Positions 10,605 to 23,310 of a stretch of 64,000 nucleotides of DNA are shown here, in pieces; position 1 is the stretch's first letter, and every line of letters starts with the position of its first letter. Both the position numbers and the translations under genes were made by a program. The notes beneath the pieces are model-generated. The model saw only the letters and a list, made by a program, of their open reading frames with translations. It was not told the DNA's origin and ran no database searches. Origin of the DNA: Octopus bimaculoides (taxonomy: Eukaryota); the NCBI RefSeq assembly GCF_001194135.2, contig NC_068984.1, positions 58,933,640 to 58,997,639 on the forward strand. The letters are read 5' to 3'.

Positions 10605-11192
10605 AATAGGAAAAAATATATTTTATTGTATAATTCAATATTTGTTCTAGTAGTAAGAACTAATATAGCTTGAGAGTTCTTTGATTTTCACCTGATCATA
10701 ACTATGGCAAGATATTAAATAGGAATTGTGTTAAGGTTAGCTATTCAGAATTTCAGTTGTTAAGCTAAATGAAAAAGACAAACAGCTGGCTAATATCAAT
10801 CATGTTACTTCAGAATTCAGGAGAATTGTCCATTTGATGGTAACTGTTTAGCAAAGTTGATAATGTACTGTGCTGAATTAGAAACAAGCAACAGAGATGA
10901 ACCTAAAAATATATATTGCAGCACCTGAATTGACATTCAAAGATTTATTGTTTTATGGCATTGTTTAAATTTATATGGTTCTTGTGTTTTCAATGATTTC
11001 AAAATTACCTGGTCAACTGTAGATAAGGTGCAACACTACTGGAATGGCAGCTTCAAATCCAAAATGTGGTATGATATTTGTTTCAGTGAAAAATTAAGAA
11101 TTGTGTTTCCACGAAGTTGGAGTTTGAACAAAAGAACTGAATTATCAGCACTTTGTATCCATGAAGTTAGATATCTTTTGTATAAGTACTAG
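10605..11192 (+). pseudogene. Degenerate Penelope-like element, RT-EN linker plus GIY-YIG endonuclease
   Basis: Frameshifted peptides YNSIFVLVVRTNIA, FSPDHNYGKILNRNCVKVSYS, CYFRIQENCPFDGNCLAKLIMYCAELETSNRDEPK-IYIAAPELTFK and ITWSTVDKVQHYWNGS...DICFSEKLRIVF...LNKRTELSALCIHE follow the PLE motif order (FNPP..NV.TN; KIFNRN.VKVSYS; C.C....CPL.G.C; YIG; C.LC..EK; LNKR.EL...C.H). Confidence 0.8.
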
Positions 11193-11779
11193 CTTCTTTG
11201 ATTTCTGACGTGATTTGGAGAAAAAATGTTGATAGTGTTTGTACAATATTGTAAAATATATTCAAAACAACAGTTAATTCAAAAGAAAACAGTTTGGGAT
11301 TACAGGCTGAAATAACAGAAACAAGAAATGCTGATTACAAGCAATTATGAGCCTTTTCATTTACATTGTATTGTGAAATGCTCCATATCTATGCACTGAG
11401 TTCTATAATTTAACGGTTCTTGGTGAATCAATAGGATAATAAAAAATTAAAACAAGATAGGCTTCTTCCATTCAAATTAGTGCCTTAAAGTCTCAGTATA
11501 CTAGCTACTTTGTTTATATCTGTCTCACCTGCCATGTGAGAATCTTTGATATTTTGTAACACTTAACCCTAGACTGTATAAAGATAATTTTATGTTTTAT
11601 TTTTTATAATATCATTTAACATAGTTTCAACCATGAAATTCTCAATGTTATTATGATTTTAAAAAAGGTTATCAACATACAAACAATTGTAGCACATGAT
11701 AAAGTAGATGGTTAAGGTTTATGATCATAAATATTAAATTAGTTTAGACACTCTATAAAAGCACAGTTTCAGCAGTTCT

Positions 11780-11960
11780 ATGTGTATGTGTCTGAGTGTT
11801 CATCCATCCATTCATTTGAAGGGCTCCTGTGTAGTTACATCGTCCAAATTTCACCCACAAATCCTTGGTCATCCTGTGGCAATGGTAGAAAACACTTGCT
11901 CAATGTACTAAGAGACAGGTTACCTTAAAGTCACTTAATTGCAAGCCAAGCTTCTTTACT
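11780..11960 (-). mobile_element. Degenerate SINE
   Basis: CCAAATTTCACCCACAAATCCTTGG...GGTAGAAAACACTTGCTCAA is the reverse complement of the common SINE core. Confidence 0.55.
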
Positions 11961-14900
11961 ACACTCTGAACAAGAAAACTAATCTGAAGTAATACTGTTA
12001 TTATTTACTTTTTTATGCTTTTCTTTTTTAGTAGATACAAATCAAAATTTAGTAATGAAGAGGCTAGTTAGTTGGGATAACTTAGATAACTTAGACTGGT
12101 TTCAGCCGTTATCAGCCCAGGCCATGGCTAACTCAATAGCACCACCTGGAAAAGTCTTTTAACAGGACACCATGGACCACTCAAGCAGAGAATTGTTGTT
12201 GGCAGAGATGTATACAGGTGTAGGCATTTGTCCAGGTACTTCTTTTGAGATAACATTGAAAAGAGCAGGGCCATTTGCAGTGAAGAAATTGTGCCGCAAT
12301 GTTCTTATGTGATGTGATCTTGACCTTTGTAGGGGACGCTAGAGTTAGCTGTTAAATCTTTCCTTGAATCATACACAAGTATCTTCACAAAAAGGGCATA
12401 TTAGATAAAGTAGGTCTAGATAAACTGAAAAAAGAAAAGGATAGCTATAGATGGAACATCCTTGGTCATAGGTTTACTTTCTCAGAGTTAACTTGAGGGT
12501 TAAACAACATCAACATTAAAACACAGGATCAAGTACGAGTAATATACCAGGAGAAAACTGAATCAATTTTGCATTCTACTCCAAAGTTAGAAATCCTTGT
12601 TATACATTCTTTTGATTATGTACATGTTTTGAAGATATATCATTAAATATTAATTATTAAACAAACAGTGAATACCTTAAGTAAGTACAACGTCTATGAA
12701 GATTAATTTAAACTCAGTTATCTCAATGTTAGTATTAGTAATTGCTTTTGTTGCTGATTCAAATGATAGTACATCAATTGATATAGAGGCCTGGCACAAT
12801 AATGACATATTCCTTCAATTGCTAGCCTAGATTTTGGAGATATTTTTATAGAGACTGCTGCATTGTTCTGTCCTCTGCAACAACCAAATATTTAATGAGA
12901 TTATCAGAGAAAATATCACCCACATCAATGTCACTGTTACTCTAATCTCTCACGAACAGCTACATTGTTAAATGTGAGTAATGAATGATTTATTTCATAA
13001 TGTGCACACAGACACATGCATATAAATACCATTTATTTCTGTTTACTTTTTCTTCTTTACATTGACTTTCTATGTATCTTGAAATATAAATTTCCTCTTA
13101 TTTGAAGTGTTATAATTATATATCTACCTACACATGCATGCAGGCCACACACACACACATATGTACATGCACATAATTCTATTATGTATCTATATATACA
13201 TGGTAAAAGTTCTGCATTAGCTTTGGCAACATCACACTTTAAATTGGTAGAGTTCTATTTGTATCTTTCTTGGTCTCTGTGATAGCCTGCTTAGGTCACA
13301 TTCCTATCTCACAGAAAACATAAAAATAAGATAAACAGCTCATGGAGGATGAGGTTTCCAGCATTCTTATAACTGAAATTATTGAATGAAAGATCTATTT
13401 TTATCATATCTTTTGGAGAAGCATTTTCAATGCTGACTTCTTAAAAATGGTCAATATGATTGGAAGATTAAATTATACACATGTTATGCCAGCTCATAGA
13501 ATTTCTAGATGTAATTGACTGACTCAGTTTTGCTGATATATAATGCACAAGCAGGCAAACAGACTGAGTGACACTCAAATATTATCAAAATACCTATATT
13601 TCTTCTTTATTGCTTATGCCAATGTATTAGCTTGTCTTGTAATCAAATTTTATTGATTAATTCAAATTACTGATTAAAGAATTCAATCTTAATTACCTAT
13701 GTAGAATGTATCTGTAAATGTTGAGTATTTTATTATTGGTTTAACTGTCTATTTTTGAGTGAATTTCTGATAATGAGGTTGAAAATTACCTATATAAAAT
13801 TACTAGCTTATTGATTTTTTTACTAAAATGTGAAGTATTTTTAGTGAGAACTCACTGAAAGATAACATTTCTTGTCTATATTATGGCTTTCCTTCCGTGC
13901 CACAGCATGAAGTTGGAACAAATTAATATTTTGGAGCAATAAATAGGAAATGCTAAGTCTGGCTATGATTTTGGTTAAATTTTAGAATTGTATTGATGTA
14001 GATATCTTCTGAAGTTCATTTAGTTAAGTAGATTGCTTTATAATTTTTTTACTCTCTTTTTTATTTTATTTTTATAATTTGCAAATGAATTTATTTTATT
14101 TCTTTTGTCAGCCTTTGTGAAGAGAAGTGAAAAAAAAGTAAAATTCTGCTAAACACAGAGTATGAATTGATGGGGGCAGATAAGATAAAGTTAATTGCTC
14201 CTTCCTCCACTACCAACTGAAAAGTTTCTGTAGCTTATAATATGAGGGGGAAAATAACAGATTTATAAAAAGCACATCAAAAGCAGTATAACTGGCAGGC
14301 TGTCTCATTATTGTGGATACATTACATGTTAGGGACTACTGGTTTACAAGACATTAGAAAGGCTACTTAGAGCAGAACTATTTGTAATAAGCACTGATAA
14401 TGTGTCATTAATGAGGTACTAGCAGACTGAGCGTTAAAACACTCCTTGAGTTAAGTGCAACACTTATTCAATTTAGAGATTTTTTTATTCCTTTTTTATC
14501 CATTTACACAGTATATTTTATAACAGACATAAATCTATCTGTATAACTAAACCACCCTTATGAATAAAAGTATCTGACTGATGGCTGAGTTGTAGAGTAA
14601 ATCAAGGCAACATATAACAATGCAGGTAAAAAAAATCAATGATTTTTCTAGTGTAGTCACCACCTTAATATTGATGACCCATTAGTAACTTCACTGGTTT
14701 TTATGATTTTAGTTTTACCACTGAAAAGAAAAGATTGTTAGATTGATATTAATGAATTTCTGCACCTGATTTGATTCTTTCTTTTCCTTTTTTTAATTGG
14801 TTCCTTTTCTTTAACATTGAGCACTTTTGTACCATAAATTGTTTATCAATATCATTTTCTTTTCATTCTTTTTTTCACCTATCATTTATGTATGTCCTAT

Positions 14901-16769
14901 ACCAAGAGTGTATAATCACTATTTCTGCTTTCATTTGCTTTTTCTAGCTGGGGAGGGAGAGTGCCTCATGAAGCATAATGGTTGGAAAGTTAAGTTGCTG
15001 TGCTGGCTGCACTCAGTGAGGCACCTAATTCCACTTTTACTTTATAGATGAGTGGTTAATGGTAAAAAGAACAAACACCTTTAAAAATTATTGTTCTAAC
15101 CCTAGCATCTCAGCCACACCAATGTGGAAATCTCGTCTTAAACCAGTTATCCTTAAGCTTTCTAAGAGAATTATATCTGGCTAAGTTGATACAGTTCATG
15201 TCTACAATTCATAGTACATATAGGGTTTGCTTTGTATACCTAAAAGAGACAATTAGCTTAAGACCTGACTCAGTCCATGTTGCTATTGTTAATAGGTAAT
15301 AGAAACATCTTGAAATACTCTTTCCTATGGCTCTTTCCATGTGGGTTACTTCAAATACATTTTCCTACTACATGTGACATGCAGTAACTATAATTAATGT
15401 ATATATTGTTAATTACAGTATTAAGATAAAATCTTCTCATAGGTTGGCCCAGAAAAAGCAATTTGGAAACAAGTCTAATGTATGATTAAATGTCTAAATC
15501 TCTTAGATGAATTGCTGCTAATAAGATTATAATCTTATCAATCCAATTTATTTTTCTCTGAATCACTATTTAAAGATCTAAGTGTTCAGCAATGCTCTCC
15601 TGATCCAATGGGTTACATGGTGATGCTTTCACAATGCTCAATCCTACAATAATTTAGACATCCAATTTGCTCTATTTAATTAAGAAAATACACGTAGCAT
15701 AATGACACAGAAAAACAAGAGCTTTGTATTTAACACCTGTACCATTATCACTTCTTTGTCAGATATGAATAGATAAAGAAAGAAAGAAAGAACAAAATTT
15801 GAGGCCCAAGTGTATTTTTCTAATTCTTTGAGAGAAACTTAAGCAAAGAAATGATAAATATTATCACTGAGAGCAAATGTTTTATGTACTGGGAATATTG
15901 TAAACAGTTTTCAAAGTACAGAACATTACATAAAAAGTATGATAATGTGCCATTTTATGTGTTAGTCACTCAAACGTTACATAATATTCTGACTTAGAAA
16001 TGTTATTTGGTGCCTTGTTGCCCTCAGAAACTGTTTCCTTATATTTACTAATTCACTGTGTCCGTGTTCTTGGCAGATTAAGACTACACTTTATTGTCTA
16101 CATAGTTCACAGGGCAAAGTCTTCTGTCAGCATGATTCTTCCTTGGCATGTCTCTAACATTGAATAACCCATTTTTAAAGACTTATATGAATACATGTGT
16201 GTATGCAGACACATACACACACACTTACATGCACACCTATTAGTTAATCATATATCAATGTGTTTCCATAGATAAGCATGGTTGTCCCTGTAACATCTTG
16301 CCAAAACATAAAAAAAAGGAGAGAGAGAGAGAGAGAGAGGGCAGTCACTTGTCAGTTAACTAACTCATCTGTTTATATATCTGAAATACTATTGAGAATG
16401 ACTACTGCAATAGTTTTATTTTCAAACAAAGTGAATTTGTTTGTTAGATATTCCTTTTACTGTCACACCACTGTTGATTTGCGCTAACTAAACTGTCATA
16501 CAAGCTTCCTTTTTACTTCATCAAAAATTCTCTTGTACCTATCAGACTTTTCAGTTTAGTACTGCAGAACATTCTCCTTGTCATTCGTTTCTCATATCCT
16601 GTTCTCCTCTCTCAAATTCACAAAATTCTTTTATATCTGAACACACTAGCCTATTTACAGATTTTACATTTACTCTCATCTTATAATCACTCCCTTTACT
16701 CTGTGGCACTAGTTTATTTCACAGTGCTTTATATGTGTGAGAAACTGAGCCCACACTCCCTCTCTCTCC

Positions 16770-16994
<225 letters not shown>

Positions 16995-18125
16995 ATGTAT
17001 GTGTCATTTAAACAGGGCTTTTATTCAATTGGTAGGAAATCAGAATCCTCAAGACTTTTGGATCCTAATTTTAAGTTTGAATACTGATGACTAAAATAAA
17101 ATGCTTACAATTGGGTGGGGATGACATAATTATTTGGAGTATATGATCATATTGCATGTGAGCTGAATGTACAAGGTATGCCTATGCATTGTTAAAAAAA
17201 CAACTAAGGGCTTTCAATATGTGCAATAATTGTAAATTGAAAACTTGCTATATGTGATTTACCTTCATATTCTAATGATTTCCACCATTTGTCAGCTGAG
17301 TAATAGCTGATCAACCAGCCAACCAACTATTGCTTGCTATACACTTTATATTACCTTCAACTGAATCCCCTTAGGGCCTTTGGTTGTGTGCATATTGATT
17401 GGAGTGGTACAACTGAGATGATGTAGGATATAATTGTTGGCTTTCAATGTTGGTATTTCAAATGTTTCAGATGTTTCTCATTGCTCAGAATTTCTTTTGC
17501 TAACATCATCAATCATCAGTATATTAATTCTTTTACTCTGATATGAAACAACAGATCTACTAATAGAACTATTAAGCTTGTAATCCACTGCAAGCTTTTC
17601 ATTGTGTATTTAGAAAGCACACTTAGATGTACATGTCTTGGTTCATCAAGCTGTTGAGAATAACTACCTGACCCACTTTGAAATGGACCAGCATCATATC
17701 AAAGGCAGGTTTATCTTTCATCTGCTTAATGCTATGAAAAATGAAGATGAATACAGTTCCTTAAAGCTTCTTTGGATCTGGCATCTCTTTACATTCTGAG
17801 TTTAAATGTTGCTGAGATCAACTCTGCCTTTTGGGATCAGTAAAACAAATACCAGCTGAGCACTGGAGTCAATGTAATCAACTTCACCTTCCCTTCAAAA
17901 AATTGTGAATCTAATGCTAAAATAGAAATATTTTTATTTGCTTTCTCTAATAGTCACAACATATGAAGACAAGCAAAGCAAATAGCTAAACGCAATCCAG
18001 AACTTTCTGAAATCAAACAAATAACTCAGCCACTTTTACTGTTAAAGACCTAAATTTTTACCCAGCTATTGCTTCACTATCCATTCACTCATAATGTGTG
18101 TGGATTGCTTTGTTTACTACATTTA

Positions 18126-18954
18126 GAGCTCTTACCCCTGCTCCCTGCTGGCGACAAAGGGACTCTCACTCAGAGTAAAAGGCAGACTGTATGACGCATG
18201 CGTACGAACAACCATGCTACATGGCAGTGAAACATGGGCTGTAACTGCTGAGGACATACGTAAGCTCGCAAGGAATGAAGCCAGTATGCTCCGTTGGATG
18301 TGTAATGTCAATGTGAATACCCGTCAGAGTGTAAGTATCTTGAGAGAAAAGCTGAACATTAGAAGCATCAGTTGTGGCGTGCAAGAGAGACGATTGCGCT
18401 GGTATGGACATGTGGTGAGAATGGAGGAGGATAGCTGCGTGAAAAAGTGCCACACCCTAACNNNNNNNNNNNNNNNNNNNNNNNNNNNNNNNNNNNNNNN
18501 NNNNNNNNNNNNNNNNNNNNNNNNNNNNNNNNNNNNNNNNNNNNNNNNNNNNNNNNNNNNNNNNNNNNNNNNNNNNNNNNNNNNNNNNNNNNNNNNNNNN
18601 NNNNNNNNNNNNNNNNNNNNNNNNNNNNNNNNNNNNNNNCAGTACCGCCTGACTGGCTCCTGTAGGATTTTCGAGCGAGATCGCTGCCAGTGCCCCTGGA
18701 CTGGCTTGTGCGGGTGGCACATAAAAGACACCATTTCGAGCGTGGCCGTTTTCGTGCGGGTGACACGTAAAAGCACCCACTACACTCTCTGAGTGGTTGG
18801 CGTTAGGAAGGGCATCCAGCTGTAGAAACTCTGCCAAATCAGACTGGAGCCTGGTGTTGCCATCCGGTTTCACCAGTCCTCAGTCAAATCGTCCAACCCA
18901 TGCTAGCATGGAAAGCGGACGTTAAACGATGATGATGATGATGATGATGATGAT
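18126..18954 (+). mobile_element. Young 5'-truncated RTE-clade LINE (ORF C-terminus, 3' UTR, (GAT)n tail)
   Basis: Open frame GLSLRVKGRLYDACVRTTMLHGSETWAVTAEDIRKLARNEASMLRWMCNV...QERRLRWYGHVVRMEE is typical of RTE/BovB; CpGs retained; GAT tail 18928-18954; internal N-gap. Confidence 0.95.
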
Positions 18955-19379
18955 TTGATGTACAGTGAACTTAAATACGTAAATGAATATGTTTTTGTGT
19001 AATTATTGTTTTAGTTTCTACTGATTTATTTTCTATAAATTCAGTAAATATAAGCGCTAAATTACTATGATCACTCATCTGACTTTGATGTTTAAAGAAA
19101 AGAAAATCAATCACCCTATGCTCAGAGCTAAGGAAAATAAATGATAACTGGTAATAAATCAGGTTTTTGCTATCATTTGCTCTTCTTCAGTATATCACTT
19201 CTTAATGATTGATGGACAATGGGCTAGCATCATGAAATAAAATTTATTAAAGATATGGATTATTTAAGGTAGATTCTTTTGGTTTATGTAAACATTTATT
19301 TAAGTAGAAGGCGTGTTTAAGTCTCAAATACTGAAGTAAAATCTTTGAAGTATTTTTTAACATTGCACAAAACCAAAAA

Positions 19380-20210
19380 TGTTAGTGGTTGGATTGTAAT
19401 CCATGTAATAAACACTTGTGCAGGACTAATACTTCTTTTATTGACCTCAAGAATGTGAAAGGCAAAATCGACCCATGCCTGTTTTGAACTCAATATGTAA
19501 AGGAAAGAACATAACAAAACAGTTCAATAAAAACATTGCTTTGCAATATTTGCACTGGCTTCTTACCCCCAGAGTTCAAATCCCATCATGAATGACTTTG
19601 CCGTTCATTTTTCTGGGATCAATAAAATAAAGTACCGGTCCAGTACTGAGGTTGAGGACATCAATTAAACCTTTTCCCCCAACACTGCTGGCTTTCTGCC
19701 TAAATTAGAATCCATTTTACTGCTTTTGCCTTTCTTCAACCTTAATGATAATTTCTAATAAAGACACAAGGCCTGACATTTTGGGTGGCTAGTCAATTGG
19801 ATCAACCCTAGTACTTTACTACCTTTTTTATCAACATCAAAAGGATGAAAGGTAAAATCGACTTTGGCAAAACTTGAACTCAGAATGTAATGCAGGAAGA
19901 AATACCACAAGGCATTTTGCCCGGCTTGCTAACATTTCTGCCAGCTTGCCACCTTGTTGTTGTTGTCATTGTCGTTGGTAGCAGTGGCAGCAGTGGTGGC
20001 GTCTTCTTCTTCATCAGCCACAAAGCCTGAAATTTTGGGGTAGAAGGCTAGTCAGTTACTCTGACCCCAGTACTCAACAGTTACTTATTTTATCAACTCA
20101 GAAAGGATGAAAGGCAAAGTTGACTTCGGTAGTATTTAAACTCAGAACTGATGAAATGCTATTATGCATTTTCTTTGGCATGCTAACAATTCTGCCAGTT
20201 TGCCACCTTA
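19380..20210. mobile_element. Cluster of ~4 copies of a SINE-like repeat in both orientations
   Basis: The motif AGGATGAAAGG(C/T)AAA(A/G)T(C/T)GAC...TTGAACTCAGAA recurs near 19450, 19845 and 20105, with an inverse-orientation copy at 19570-19710. Confidence 0.75.
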
Positions 20211-20224
20211 ATAATAACAACAAT

Positions 20225-20392
20225 CTCTATATAGACACAAACATGGCTGTGTGGTAAGAAGCTTGCTTCCCAACCACATGGTTCCAGGTTCAGTCCCACT
20301 GTGTGGCACCTTGGGCAAGTGTCTTCTGCTATAGCCATGGGCAGCCAAAACCTTGTGCATTGTTTTGGTAGATGGAAATTGACAGAAGCCTG

Positions 20393-20400
<8 letters not shown>
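20225..20400 (+). mobile_element. tRNA-derived SINE head, well preserved
   Basis: CATGGCTGTGTGGTAAGAAGCTTGCTTCCCAACCACATGGTTCCAGGTTCAGTCCCACTGTGTGGCACCTTGGGCAAGTGTC; ends in (TA)n. Confidence 0.85.
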
Positions 20401-20430
<30 letters not shown>

Positions 20431-21125
20431 GCAAGTAATTAGAAAACAGGGAAAACCTCAGATTAACAAACACATTGGTTGGACCACATTTATAGCTTAT
20501 TTTTTAATACAAAGCATGACATAACAAAATAGGTGATGTAACATATCTTTCGGCCATTTCTGATCGGTTACCAAAATGGTGTCCATAAATAAGGGTGAGA
20601 ATAAAGTTCTTCATCTTCATAGGGCATACAAATTAAGGCAACGGAGCTTCATCAGAGTAAAAAACAAGAGCATACAATATAAACAAAGGGAAGAAGAAAA
20701 AGGAAAGAAAACATGGCCTAGACAAATAGTCTAGAAGCCCAATATGTTAAGAGCATAAAATTTACCATCAAGGGACTACAGGGTCCATAGGTAAAAGAGT
20801 GAGCTAGTAATTGTCTAGGTAATACTACAATTTATTAATGAGTAAGTGCAATTTGAAGGGGGTGGTCAGGATGTTTATAAAAAGAAGTTATCAAGGAACT
20901 ATATATAAGGAAAATACTAACATAATTATCAAAGTGTGATACCTATGCTAATGGAGTAAACTCAAGTAAAAATAAGCAATTATCATAGGGTGCTTAAGAA
21001 AAATTTACTCACAGAAATTACTACTGAGAGTCCCACCTATATATATATATATATAGGATATACCTTTTGTAATGAGATAAAAAAAACCAAAGTTGTGTAT
21101 AATATAGAACATTTATAAATCGAAT

Positions 21126-21173
21126 GTCTTACATCTGTTTCCAGGATATTTATTATATCCCTTCATCGGAGAC
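21126..21173 (-). ncRNA. Minimal type-I hammerhead ribozyme-like motif (better preserved copy)
   Basis: Minus strand: GTCT-CCGATGA-AGGGATAT-AATAA-ATATCCTG-GAAAC-AGAT-GTA/AGAC = stem I, C(U>C)GAUGA core, stem II, GAAAC, tetraloop, GUA cleavage triplet, stem I. Confidence 0.55.
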
Positions 21174-21221
21174 CATGTGAGAGGATGATTAAACAATATT
21201 GCTTAATCATACTCTCACACC

Positions 21222-21269
21222 ATCTCCAATGAAAGGATATAATAAATATCCTGGAAACAGCTATAAGAC
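21222..21269 (+). ncRNA. Minimal type-I hammerhead ribozyme-like motif (decayed copy)
   Basis: ATCT-CCAATGA-AAGGATAT-AATAA-ATATCCTG-GAAAC-AGCT-ATA-AGAC; keeps the palindromic AGCT loop but has G5>A and GUA>AUA changes. Confidence 0.45.
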
Positions 21270-21961
21270 ATTCGATTTATAAATGTTCTATATTATACAC
21301 GGCCTTGGTCTTTTATCTCATTACAAAAAGTATATCTTATATTCACACACTGATATATGACCTATGTTGGACCCCTTATTCGCATAACCACCGAACCTGG
21401 AGCTTAACTGTGGTCTATCTATAGCACTTACTCAGCATTACCTGAAACCTCTAGGTCTAATTGACACCACTATCGCTCATAACCTATATATATATATATA
21501 TATATATNNNNNNNNNNNNNNNNNNNNNNNNNNNNNNNNNNNNNNNNNNNNNNNNNNNNNNNNNNNNNNNNNNNNNNNNNNNNNNNNNNNNNNNNNNNNN
21601 NNNNNNNNNNNNNNNNNNNNNNNNNNNNNNNNNNNNNNNNNNNNNNNNNNNNNNNNNNNNNNNNNNNNNNNNNNNNNNNNNNNNNNNNNNNNNNNNNNNN
21701 NNNNNNNNNNNNNNNNNNNNNNNNNNNNNNNNNNNNNNNNNNNNNNNNNNNNNNNNNNNNNNNNNNNNNNNNNNNNNNNNNNNNNNNNNNNNNNNNNNNN
21801 NNNNNNNNNNNNNNNNNNNNNNNNNNNNNNNNNNNNNNNNNNNNNNNNNNNNNNNNNNNNNNNNNNNNNNNNNNNNNNNNNNNNNNNNNNNNNNNNNNNN
21901 NNNNNNNNNNNNNNNNNNNNNNNNNNNNNNNNNNNNNNNNNNNNNNNNNNNNNNNNNNNNN

Positions 21962-22570
21962 GCAGTGAATAAATTGTCGTCTAAATTATGCAAAAACTGA
22001 AAATAACACTGACATCTCGTTTCAACGGATATATTTACCAAAATAACATTAAAATATCTTGAAATACTAAAGGGTAAATTTATTCAATATAATCGCCATT
22101 GGCTTCAACCACGGCTTCCAGGCAACTTCAGAATCTTCTGCAACTCTTCAGGTCGGTTTCCTTGCTTAAGCTGATGACTGCTGCCATAATCCTTGCCTTC
22201 AGTTCATCTTTGGTGTTACAAGGAGTTTTGTTTGGTCTCTCACTCAACTGCACCCCACACATAATAATCAAGGGGATTACAACCTGGAGAGTTAGGTAGC
22301 CAGATATTAGGGGTGATGTGGTCACAGAAATTGTCTGACAGCCATGACTGGGTTATCCTGCTATGTCCCTGGCAATGGACCTGGAGGGATCGTTGTCAAT
22401 CATGGCCTGGATCTCACAAATTCAGGAGTTTTTTTCTCATCAGAACAATTAGAGTAAGTTTTCCAAGCTGCTGTATCTTTGTAATCACCATTAGACTCAT
22501 CCAACTCTTTCTGAATCCTCTGCACTGTCCTCAGATTGATACCCAAACACTCTGAGATATTTTCAATGGA
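21962..22570 (-). mobile_element. Internally deleted Tc1/mariner-superfamily transposon
   Basis: Minus-strand peptides ENISECLGINLRTVQRIQKELDES (HTH), then HSRITQSWLSDNFCDHITPNIWLPNSPGCNPLDYYVWG (WPPNSPD.NPLDY motif) and NKTPCNTKDELKARIM...SCRRF; the 3' TIR runs into the N-gap. Confidence 0.9.
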
Positions 22571-22619
22571 GTAGATTGCAATTATGTTGACAAAATGTTT
22601 TAAAATAATTACATGTCTT

Positions 22620-22746
22620 CATTGTTTTCAAGTCAAACGTTTGGCTCATGCAGCATATTCGAGCTCTTGATTCGCAAGAAGTAGTTGAAGACCTGATCAA
22701 CACACAACAGATAGTAAACCTACTTTTGTCATAGTAAGGATTTGTG
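22620..22746 (+). repeat. 127-bp inverted repeat, left copy
   Basis: Reverse complement of 25606-25732 with 3 transition mismatches by manual alignment. Confidence 0.95.
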
Positions 22747-22959
22747 TTTTACTTAATTTCATTTTAAAGTCATAAATATATTTTACTTTTGAAAATTAGT
22801 ATTTATTTCATCATTTTGTATAAACACCAAGACATTCAGTAAAAGTTAAATCATAATCATTTTATTTGTGCCTTATTTCCTAATATTACTCATAGTGGCA
22901 AAAATATACTTTCAGAGTTACCTTTGTCTGAGAGGTAACATGCTAGTAATAATGATAAT

Positions 22960-23310
22960 CCTTTCAGCTATAGGAACAAAGTCTGAAATTTTGTGTGAGG
23001 AGGCTAGTCCTTTATATCGACCCCCAATGGTCAACTGGTATTTTATTGATACGAAAGGCAAAGTTAACCTTGATGGGATTTGAGCTCATCTGGTAATAAT
23101 AATAATGGTTTGAAATTTTCACACAAGGCCAGTAATTATTGGGTTAGGGGGTCAGTCAATTACATCAACCCCGGTGCTTGACTGCTATTTATTTTATCAA
23201 CCCCAAAAGGATGAAAGGCAAAGTCAACCTCAGCAAAAGTTGAAAGAAGAACATAATGATGGATGAAATGCTACTAAGTATTTTGTTGGTGCACTAATGA
23301 TTCTGCTAGA
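22960..23310 (-). mobile_element. Two copies of the SINE-like GGATGAAAGGCAAAGTCAACC family
   Basis: Motifs at ~23050 and ~23210 match the cluster at 19380-20210. Confidence 0.7.

Larger units (their letters stand above)
21051..21342. mobile_element. 292-bp near-perfect palindrome; inverted Penelope-like pseudo-LTR pair (inferred)
   Basis: Symmetry centre CAATATTG (21194-21201); the arms match out to ATATA(G/A)GATATAC; each arm holds a hammerhead-like motif. Confidence 0.85.

Noticed and set aside
10660-10930. In-frame TGA codons in the PLE relic as possible selenocysteine
   Set aside because: They are not at Cys positions, and the relic also has TAA stops and frameshifts.
14948-15061. Pair of short exon-like segments (GEGECLMKHN; EWLM)
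   Set aside because: Weak donors (GTTGGA, GTAAAA) and no homology.
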